A stretch of 64,000 nucleotides of DNA, from NCBI RefSeq assembly GCF_964204645.1, contig NC_134026.1:5603950-5667949 (forward strand), written 5' to 3'. Positions within the stretch are counted from its first letter, which is position 1. Every line of letters starts with the position of its first letter. This document shows, piece by piece, positions 24,801 to 36,800 of the stretch. Under the pieces are notes generated by a model. That model saw only the letters and a list, made by a program, of their open reading frames with translations. It made no database searches and was not told the DNA's origin. A program made the position numbers and the translations under genes. Source of the stretch: Tubulanus polymorphus (taxonomy: Eukaryota; Animalia; Nemertea).

Positions 24801-27800
24801 GATAAATGTACCCACGCCTTCGGTACGTACATACAATCTAAACCCCAAAACGCGCGTCTAAGCAAATCAATCGCTGAATCTTACGGCTGTTTCTTTGACT
24901 TCAGATATGACGTGTGGAGGACCAGCTTTTATGGCTATATTTAACTGGATTAACGACGTGCTTAAAGCCATGCAAACAACTGTTGACAAAACGAAAGATC
25001 CCAAAACGTTTTATGCCGTGTGTGGGTATGTGGCTCTCTATAATATATTGTCACCTGACCATATCCAGCCATAGCGACTCCGACTAGTTCCGCAGATATT
25101 CCTTAGAATTAAATAATTGACACCAAAAGAAAGTTTTGTAATTTGTACCCATGACTGGAATCAGGTCAAGACTACGCCCTTTTGCTTTCTTAAAATCGAA
25201 TTGAAGTTAAGTGTCGTAAGAATTAAAAGCATACTCATTAAATGTTTCAGACAAATGGCTTCTTACAAGACCGCCGCTCTGAATATTCCAAATTGTGCTG
25301 CACCAATAGTAACGAGGGTCCAAAAAGCAGTGGCTGAATTAGAGAGAAAAACTAATTACTTATGCAACACAGGATTCGGTTAGTTTCTCATTTAATAATC
25401 GAAAAATGTCCGATGTCGATAAAGATTCATTAAATACAATTTGACCAAACTCTCCCTATTCTATTTCAGGTTATTGGGCCGGTGGACAGATAATTGATGG
25501 TATCTTGTATTTCTTATTGAAACGATCATTTGACTCTAAAAGATAAAATCGTTTCTGCTTTTTTTTCACAATGAAAAGTGGGTTTTCTATGATTTTAATT
25601 CAGCATCTTGCGACGTGAAAACGATAGGTCAGGGGTTCGATGTGATGTCACTCGACGTAGCTGCCGCTCTATTTGACGAGTCTGCCGTTCTATGCGCGTA
25701 AGTTGTTTAGCAATCTTATGACGGCCAATCAGAATGACATATAATCTAGATTCAAGATTTAATGATAACACAACAAAATAAAATGCACGAAAGGCTGAAA
25801 AGTTTATGTTCCATTTTAGGACATACAGCATGGCATTGGGGCCGACCTTCAAAGCTATGGTGAATTGTCCAACTATCGTTCGAAAGAATCTGTTCGAAAT
25901 GGAAGAATTCATGTTAGATGTTTTACAAAAAGGCTGTTTGAAAGAGGAAACAATGTTCATGGGCAAATGTGACATGTACAAAGCGAACGAATGCGCCGAT
26001 TCCTATTTTCCTCAGTTAACTCAAGTTGTCAAAGGAACAGCGCCAACTGCGCTACAGACTCAAGTTTGCAAGTATGTTTCACATTGATGGTCGTGTACCC
26101 AATCCTTGAGGTCTAGTCATTTAAAAAGTCTCAGTTCTGAAGCCAATTTAGTTAACTCCATCCATATCAACAAGCAGAATGTCTTGCTATTTCAACAGTC
26201 AAATAGTTTGACAGGGACGAAGGACGTTCTCTTTGTTCTGCGCCCCTCCGACAGTTTCTGAACTATAAATGTGGAATATATCACATTTCTTTGACTAGAA
26301 ATTCTAATATCATCATATTCTAGTGGGCGAGAAAATTTCTACTACTGTGTTGTGGCGAATGCTATGGGTTGCGCAGTGATGAGGAGGACGTCGTTTTTGA
26401 AAATGGCTACGTCCAGTTTCGAGCTGATCGCCGCTAAATGTACCACGCCGTTCGTACCGCAATGCAACGTTCCACAAATGGACGAATACGTCGACCAAAT
26501 GAACGATAAAACTCAATACATGCAGCTTGCAACAAGCAAAACCCAACTTTGCACGTAAGTACAAGTGTAGGTTGTGGAACTCGCATAGTTTCACCGACTT
26601 TTATTCGTTTTCTTTGGAGCAGTTCAAGAATCGTCTTAAGACACTTCTTCAGACAATACCTACTAGAGGAGCGCATCTGAATTTATAGGATACTCTATAT
26701 AAGACTGATTTATTATCATCATTTATTAGGTTCTCGATGACGTTTTTTACCTAGTCGATTACATGATTTAGACCTACATGGTAAATGTGAATTATTTTCC
26801 GAATTATATATGTATGTTATCATTTGAGGATTTGATTTTAAGAGACCTAAAAACGTATACGGATGCCGTGCTATTAGAACTAAAGAATGCTTCGTGTAAT
26901 ACCCCCCAAACGTTAGCTATCAAGGAAGACTATGCCGTTACTCTGGACGCCGAAAATTCGAAAGTCTTGTTTGATTGTCCGATAACTGGTAAGTACACAT
27001 CGATCCATTCGATCGTTGCTACTTTATCATTTGTTATTTTTTCTAAAAGTGCAGTTTTATCTTTCTTCAAGGCTTACCAACACAGTGCAGATTGGATCCA
27101 GTTATGGCGTGCATCGACAATCTATCAACCAACGTTTTAAACGCCTTCTATGGTCATTCAAGTACGGTGAACTTCTGCCAGTGCGTAACGCAAATTGCAA
27201 AAATCACATATTTTCAAAATCGATTTTAAGCGATTTTTCTTGGATAATAATGAACAACTTAAACGTGTTATTTGCAGGACCGTCAACAGTGCGAATAAAG
27301 GCAGTTTACACTGCAACATTAAAAACACGCAATGCGCCGGGCAGCAACAATTCGACACTACAGTGACGTCATTATTAGATAAATACGCCGTCCCTGCCTG
27401 TTCACAACGTATGTATTCAGAGATGTACTGTGATCAGTTCGCTGGCCCCAGCCTTGAGCGGAATGATATCATTCGTTTACGTCCATTCCCAGTAACTATT
27501 ACCATGACTATGTTTTTAACGGAAGGTTATTGATTCTTATCATATTTAAAATTTTCAGCCACTGCTCTGCCGTTTACCGGTACGTAACCTCAATACTCCG
27601 ATTGCAATGGTAAGATATATTTTGAAAACAATTCAGTGATCCTTTTTATCGAAGGATGCCTGCATTCTCTTTTTCAGAGGCATCAGGTTGTTTGATCGAC
27701 GAAGCTCGAAAATGTATGATGAAAATCAACCGAAAAGTTATCTTGGCAACGGTTATAACCGCGCAAGATGCGAAGGAAATTTGCTAGTAGGATTTAGAAT

Positions 27801-30800
27801 CTAGAATATCTCATATTTCATTATGTATTGTTCATATCATTTCAATGGTTTTGTCTTATTTGGCATCTTCAATTACAGCGATATTAAAGTAGCCATGGAG
27901 TGTGCCGACAAATACATCGCACCTTGTAGCGATAAGAAATTAGACAACACTTTCAAACGTGGAAACGAACTGTATTACAATCTTGTGAATGGCAATACAA
28001 GATGTGCGGGCATAGTTGACATAGCCGCTCCTTATCCATCTTCACTTTATGTAAGTATATATTTCTCACGAAGGGAATGTGCTTAAAATGGATTGGTTTT
28101 TTTCGGCAATTCCATCGTAAATTAGTGTTTGAATGTCTCTCGCCGTTGTATTTTGATAGTTTTTGACCGGAATGAAACAGATACCGACGCGCGAAGACGA
28201 CGACAAAGGCCAGAACTTCCCGATCACTCAGTGGACCCATCCTTACACGCTATGCGAGGGCAAACCGACCTGCCAGCTTAGCATCAATACGATCGTACAA
28301 CGGAAACTGGGAACAGTCGGTCCTAAGTAAGCATTGCAAAGAATTTAGCACACAAGTACGGAAATTGAATTCTGTATTCAAATTTGAATTTTTAAATCGA
28401 TGTCCCAAGGACGCTTCCGTAACCAATGTAGGTTACTTGGGTGTTTGAAATCATGCTTTCCCCACGGAAACTGTGTTGTTATGCTGATTATTCTACATTC
28501 TTCTTTCTTATCACCAACTTAACATGATATAGACCACGAATTCAGTAAGAAAATGAAACGACGTGAATAAATTTTCAGATATATAACGGATGGTCAACAG
28601 ACCATTGTCCAAGCAGTCCTCGGAGATATCAAAGGCGTGACGTCCAACTCTCAATGCCATTTTAATTCAGACCAGAAAACAACCTGGCTTGAAAAAGTCA
28701 ACGTCCCTATAGCGGCGACGGTTGACGGTAAAGTGGACGGCAATCAGGATTGGGAGTTTATACTAAAATATAAGAAGACAGTGAATAACCAGCGTTATTC
28801 GACCAGGGAAATTATGAAAGTGCCGGTGAGTTTGACAGTTTTGATTTGCAGACGAATCACGATTCCTGGGATTTAATAAATCAAGTTCAAAGATTTTCTC
28901 TTCAGATTATTGCCAAAGATTACGATACGTTGGGTATTTGTAAAACTGCAGGCGATCCGCACATGACGACATTCTCGGGACTGTAAGTTTTAGATACATT
29001 CTGAAAATGGTGTCGTTCGCTACTATTCGATTGTTACCTGGCATGCCGAATTCTTTTCTTCGTTTAGGAATTATAATAACTTCTATTCGGGTGTATTTAC
29101 GTTGTACAGAAATACGATTTTTAATTTTGAGGTAAGAATCAAGTAGATTATTCATCTGAATACATTGAAATTCTAATGAAAGGCAATTGGATATTATGAT
29201 TATTTCACATACACTATCACGTCTAAGATTTGCGTTAACATAGATTCAAATCGTCATTGCGAAATGTGAAAAATCTGACAACAAAGCAACCGACCGTGGA
29301 ACTTGCGCGTGCGCAGTCGCGGCAAAGGCCGGAGATGACGTCATTGTCATAGATCGTTGCAAGCGGCCAACCGACATGGACCCGAAACGCTGGCGTTTAG
29401 GGGCTAACGCGAAGCTAATAAACAAAGTGAAGGACCCGGCTCAAGGCCCTTCTCCCACTCATTTGAAGCTATACCCGTACATAAACGGCGATTTGACGCC
29501 AGGTTTCGTTTTATACGAACACAATAATCATCAAGATTACGAGATATTGTTCCCGCATGGCGCGTACGCGCGGATCACGGCTACCGGTCGTGAATTAGAT
29601 GTTTTTGTTTATCCTTCGACGTTGGATCACAAGAAAACTGAAGGTAAAATTTCCCATTAAACTTCAGCGTAGGAGACATTTCTGATTTATCGTTATGCAA
29701 ATATTCATCCGGCATACGAATTCTAATTCCATTTCTTCGGATCAGTCTATGTTAATCGACAACTTCGTATTCAAATAATATTTATATCGAAAAGATGATT
29801 GGAGATGAGTTTTGTTATTTCAGGGCTTTGTGGAACATTTGACACCGCGATACCGAAAACGACTCTGACAAATAGAGATGGAACGACAACAACAAATGTA
29901 CAAGACAGTTCTCAACCAAAAACGTTCATTAATTCATGGAGGTTAATTAGAGCTTCAATAAGCGTATATTTCCGAGAATATTATCAATTTGTTCGAAAAA
30001 TTTAATGATTGGCATTTTCCCTTCTTAGATTGACCGACCCGAAGAAGATGATTTTTCAAAAGCAGTCCTCAGAAAACCTAACGCTTCCAAATTTCTGTTA
30101 CTGTCCCGATGTTGGCAATGCCGTGTGCGGGCCAATGCAAAATATGGTGGTTAAGGATTTACATTGGGGTACGCAATTATATTGATAATTATATTGAGGA
30201 TAATCATATCAAATGATTTAAAGTTTTCGTCTTTTTGATAAGTTTTAAACCCACATTTAAAAGATTAAAAAACGAATTTCATTCATCAAGAATAGAAATA
30301 CACAACATAATTCAAACTCTCACAACAGTTCTCTTCAAACAGTTCTCTACGTTAAAGTGTGGCTATTCAACTACCTTATTTTCGTCTTTTTTTTCTAGAT
30401 GAGTCTAAGCAACAAGTAAGGAATTACTCAACAGCCGCGCTGCAAGCGATTCCGTCCAGTTACCTCTACCCTTATACCTCAATAGTCGACTACATAGAAG
30501 AGATAGTCGACCCAAATTATGAATTGCTACAGAAAGATGTGAGTTCATTCGATCCCAAAAGCCTGGTTGATCCTGTTTATTTTGTTCATTATCAAATCAT
30601 CTTCCAAATTTTCAAATCTTTACTTGTTTTCTATACTTCATAGATAACATGGCGTACAGGGCAAACATCCGGAAGCGCAACGACCACGTGTAATACTTAT
30701 TTCAATAAATACGCATTCGTTACTAAATGCAAGGCCGATATAGGTTTAGCTACCACCGAAGATATCAATACGTGTATCGAAGATATCAAGGTAACCGAAA

Positions 30801-33800
30801 ATCTCAATTGCAATTCTAATTTTTATGATGCTCAAAGGTTTTATGATCGTATGTGCAAACCGTGCTGGATTTGGTCCATAACATATTTTGCAATCCGAAT
30901 ATCGTTAACGAGTAGAAGGAATACGTTCCCAGATCGAGATTTTGCTGGAATTATGATTCCAATTTTAGATAAGCAATACGACTGATTTCATGGACGACGC
31001 CTTGGCCTCGTATCGGGAAAAGTGCTTGTCCACGTTGGGGAAGAACATAACGATTTCGTCTCAGATCCGATCCCAAATAAAAGCCGTCACTTGTCCGCGC
31101 GATTGCGACCACCAGGGCACATGCGCAAATAGTAAGAATTTATCATTGTGGTTTTTTTTACCGTGGTGGTAATTCGTAATGTTGAGATATAATGTTAAGC
31201 TGATTTTTTTCCAGGTAAATGCACCTGTAATGCTAACTTCGCTAATATTGACTGCTCAGGGTGGAAAAATCAAGGCCCTGTCCTTTATAGAATGGACAAC
31301 AACGGGCTTTGCGACATCAATAAGCATCCGAAAAATTGCCAAGAAGTGAACATATACGGCAAAGGGTTCATCGATCCGGCGTTTCCGGGCACTAATGCGA
31401 AAAGCCTGAACTGTATGGCTCTTGAAATAACGGTGATAATTTTTTCAGCGGTTTTTTATTGATGTTTATTTTCATGTGGATTTAATGATATTCATTAAAG
31501 TGCGATAATCGCATATATCACGAATGGTAATTCGAACGTAAGTTCATGTAATGAATTCTAGGTTGACCAAGTCGGCGTACAAAAAGCTGCCGGGGTGACT
31601 GCAGCCGTTCCGGCAACAGCGGTTTACGATCAATTCGACCAAATTACGTGTAAACTCCCGAATCCTAATAAAAGCTACCTGGTCGCTGTGACTAACGATG
31701 GCGGAACATCAGTATCCGACTTCATTCCGTTTATATCGTACAACTCGTCAACTCACCTTTGCGATACTGTCAAGGGGGTTTGCTATAATAAGGTAATTGA
31801 TACCCACAACTTGAATCGGTTTAGTCCTGAATTGAATATGTTAATATAAAGGCTTGGTTTTTGTAAGTGAAATAGCTTCTAATATGTCTTGTTCTCTCTC
31901 AAGGATGCATGTTTGAAATCACAAGCTTACAAATGCATGTTAGATTTTGCCGACCTGCTGGTGAAATCTTTCTACGACAACCCGCCACAATTCCAATGGC
32001 TTTGTCAGTAAGTAGATCGCTTGTGCATCTTACCCTTTCTGAAATATGAGCACCGTTTCTACAATGAATGAAGATTCTTTTTGCAAACAGACCGGCCCAA
32101 CAGACGGTTAGTAAAGACTGCATATCGGGCAAGAACTTAGCTAAGTCGGATGGCTGCACGGCCAAACAAAGAACGGATATGTTACAGTACGCGAACTTGG
32201 AAAATGCGGAGATTCTTGAACAGTCCGGAACGTGTAGTCGTAAGTTTGAATGAAGACGAGAAATAAGGGTTTAAAAAAGTTATAGTTCACTGAGAATGTT
32301 TGGAAAATATTCGTGAATATGAAAAATGCTCTATTTCAGCGGCCAAGATTTCAGCAATGGAAACTGCGAAAAAGCAAAGTAAGTAGAAATTGTTAAGTAT
32401 AAAGCGAGTCTATCTTCCGATGATGTATGTTAAACTGATGACAAGAGCGTATCATTTTTTTCAGTTGTCGAACCATCCAGTTGTAAGCACGCTGATGCCG
32501 ACACCAAGATGATTACCTTCCTGCGCAGAGTCGAGTATGATCTGCTGGAAAACGACGGTAAACCGACGAGCGCTACCTGCAAGTAGGTTCAAGAAAATGA
32601 CTCGAGAACAAAACTATAAAATTCACAGGGATGAGCTGATATACGAAGATACAGATGACGAACACACCATTTATTTATCGTTATGAAATATTTGGCGGCC
32701 CTAATTTTTTGAATGCCCTTTCTTGAATTTTCTATGCAGCTCGTGTACCTATTGAATCATTTCTATTACAAATAACAATTTCAGTGCATACGATACGGAA
32801 GTAAACAAAATACGTAATGATTTGGCAACATGTTCAGAGCCTCGCAAAGGGAAAGGCGCGCAGTTGGTAGTTTTTATGAGGAGGGCGTTACGAGGAGCAT
32901 GTGGTAATAAAACGGCACTTGAACCGTGGATTCCTTTTAAGGTGTGTTAATTTGTATCGCTTGAATTTAATTGATTCGCTGTTGGTGGCAATACTATTTT
33001 CTAAAATCTTTTTCCGGTCTTCAGGATCTTGACATGTGCCTTCTGTCGAAGAATCTCTTCTGTTTAACGAATGCGACAACTACGTACATAAATGGAAACG
33101 TGCAACCCACTACAAATTGGAAAGCAATCTGTGGGTAAGATATATTGGACGCTTATATTCCCCAGAAGAGTCAGCATTCACTAGGCATAATTTGAATAGA
33201 GAGAGAGCTTTTTCGGACATACCTTCCAAAAATATACCGTTTTTACAATATCCACCATATTTTATTCATTAATATCATTTAGATGGATATACGAACCGAG
33301 TTTGTTCTCACAAAACGCATCATACATTTACGACTTCTGTCATTACAGAGATTTACCAGCCGAGGAGACATGTGTTCAATCGCCGAACTCTTTATGTACG
33401 GCAAAGCAACATGCTATCATGCAAGCTAAGTTTATCACGACGAAAAATGCCATCAACCAACACTGCGCTAACAGTACGTTCAAGCTTATGATTGAGTAAT
33501 TTCATCGATCATAATCAAGTTACATGATTGCCAATGGAACAAAGATACAAAGAGAAATAATGAGCAGATCAATCAAAATATAAGCTACAAATCAAAGCTA
33601 CAATAGGGAAAAAATGTGAAATATCTATTGGGAACCTCTCATTAAAAGGAAATATTATCTGTTTAACACTGATTGATTTCCCGTCTTTCTTTCTTTCCAG
33701 CTCAGAATCCAGGTTTGTATCGAATCAAATGGTTCATGCAGTGCATTTCCAAAATCTTATTAGAAATTTCGCATTACAAAATCTGATTATTTTCGAAATA

Positions 33801-36800
33801 ACCTTCTATTATCAATTCACAATTTTCAGTTACGCCCCAAGCGCCAAGTAAGTGAAAAGGCATTACTGCTTTATGAAACTATTACAAAGCATTTTCTCTT
33901 TATTTTGGTTCGAAAACAAAATGTAACATAACCTGAATATTTTCTAGAGGATTCCTTGCGTAACACCAATTGGAAAATTTCTATATAAAAAAATGTTTAT
34001 TGATGATCTCAATTTTTTTACTCAGATCCACCAACGTGTAAAATGACAGAAGCCGTTTCGCTACTAAACGGCTTCACGCAACCGGCCTATACCTCATTGA
34101 TATTGGAGAAAAACTATGAAAAAACGTGCAAGTTAGTATCAATTTACGAACGAATTCGCCTAGATGGGAAAAAAGTATGGGGAATATAGACTAAGTAAAT
34201 GGCGATTTATTTAACGGATTTAAATTTGAACGTCAATCTTTTATGCAGTTCCATGATCGACGCGATCAAGAAAGCGAAGGTCTCAGCGCATACTTGTCAG
34301 AATTACACGAAAAAGGAAATCGATGCGGATATAACTTACATTAGCGATTTGATGGCTGAAAAATGCCCACTGTACACCGACGTTATCTGGCCGGAGACAC
34401 CCGGAACATTTAAGGTATTTTGAGTGAAACGGTGTGATATGAACTGGATGAAAATATCGTTTGCTCATTTGTGAAGTATCTTCTATGTCAGGCCAATGTG
34501 GACGTAACGCCTATCACATTAAACGAAGGTGACCCCGCGAAAGACATCACTTTCACTCCCCAGGTGAAAGCATCAGATATTTGCCGCAATCGGACGAAGT
34601 GTTCGGTCATTATTGAAACTGGGGTCACCGAAACACCATACACGAAGTGAGTTTGTACGAGTAAAGCAAACCAATTACCACAAACTCGGCAGTTTGATAT
34701 AGATAGCGCTTTCAATATCATGATGTTGTTCTTGTATCTTGTCTAGGTTCCCACTTCCACCGGGGGTAGTACCACAGATATCTGTGGGCACGACCCGCTC
34801 TCCGGCAAGTCGTATCGACCCATTGACTGGTAAACCTACCGACACTACGTGCGCCATACAGATTACAGACGCTGATTTCAATAAACCGGTTAAAATTCCA
34901 GTAATCGCTGAACTGGATAGAATTTACGACAATACGCAGTCTAGAGATGTAGTAATCCAGTATAAAGTGATTGCTGACGGTAAAGTAATAGCCCAAGAGG
35001 AGCTTAATCGCGTTAAGGTAAGCACTATTGAACTATATAACACCCAGCAGCCTGTTCGTACAGGGCCCCAGATAGTGACGTGGTGAAAAATGAACATTTT
35101 TTTTCGTGGGGACGAAGTTATCTTTTCGTTCGAATGAAATCTTTTTCGTGGGAACGAAAATGTGCGACTTGGAGAAAAATATTTAAACATTTGTGGCCTA
35201 GGGTTAGGCTTACTAACCTAACTCTAATCAAAATCCTAGCCTAACGCTCTAGACGAAAAGTTTATTTCAATACCATAAAAAGATGATTTCATTCCCACGA
35301 AAAGATTATTATGTTCCCTTGAAAAAAATATTTGAAATTGAAAACATTTGTCACCATGTCACGGGGCTCCGTATGTCGACTTGTGAGTTAAGATTTGAAA
35401 GCTTATGACTTCTTATGATTTTGTGTGAATTGCGATATTTTTTTAAGGTGACAGCGATTAATAAAGACGAAAAGAAAATCTGTAAAGTAATCGGCGATCC
35501 GTTGATAGTTACTTTCGACGGGACTTCCTACAGCAACCCAGAACCCGGTTATTTCACTCTGTACAAACACGATACACTTCCTTATGAGGTAACATTTTCG
35601 GGAATTAAATCGCTCCTGTTGTTAGATGATTGAGTTAGTGTTAGTTAATTTCTAAAACGTATATACACCGAAAAGCTTTAATCGTAATTTTCATTTTCTG
35701 AATTCTTTTTTCAAATTCTTTTTTCAATAGCATAAATACAACGAGATGGATAGTACTTTATAGGTTAACTAGTTTATTTAAAGTACGAGCCTACGCGACT
35801 AATGTATAGTAGCTTCATCCGGTAAAACGAGTACAGTCAATGCGGATACAGCAGTATTTAGGTTATAGGTACTGCATTGACTGTACTCATTTGCCCGATG
35901 AAGCTAATATGCACTAGTAGCGTATGATCGTACTTCAAATAAACTACCTAACCTATAAAGTACTATCCGTCGTTCAGAGCTCCTCCACGAATCTTTTTCA
36001 ATCGATGGCAATTAAGTTGGAATTTTTTTTCTATCCGTTTCAACTACAGGTGCAAATTGTGCAATACATGTGTTCAGGTGGGTGTATGTGCGTGTGCGCA
36101 GTAGCTGTCCTGTCCGGCGACGACGTGTTTGTCGTTAATAAATGCCCCCTGAAATTGAAAGACCAAACGAAATGTTTCCCGAATTGTAACACCCCGACGA
36201 AACCGCTGCTCTCCACCCAATGGTATAGAAACAACGAACTCACGCCCGGTACTCGACTGTTCAATAGAAATCTAGGGGAAGCTTATCAGGTAAATCAGAA
36301 AGAAATATAAGATGAATTGAAATCTAATAGAATCTTACAATTGCAAGTATTTGGGATAGAATCGTCGAGTTCAGAGAGGAAAAAATTAAGATCTACTAAT
36401 GAGTGTGATTTTCTTGCAGCTCGCACTTCCTAATGGGGCATCTGTTGATATAATGCCGTCTGAACCAGCTTTATCGGTTCTCATCTCCCCATCACCTTTG
36501 GATAAAGGAAAGACAGGTGGTATGTATTTCAGATCTTCAGAAATAAAAAATGTGAACGCACTAACTACTCTACTAGGAGCATGGGGAGGTTTGGATTTCA
36601 TATTTCAAAATAGCAATACTAAAAATGATATATGATTTTTTAGTATTCCTCACTATTTACAAGTTTTGTTTCTTGAAGGGCTTTGTGGTCTCTACACATC
36701 CAAGACTGTAGATGATTTTAAGATGAAAGATGGAACTGTTCTTCAGTTCAATAATGTGCGAACTACTCCACCACTTAAATTTATTCAATCCTGGCAGTAA

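Noticed and set aside
35195-35246. TTAGGG/CCTAA-like units suggesting an interstitial telomere
   Set aside because: A few degenerate units inside a MITE, not an array.
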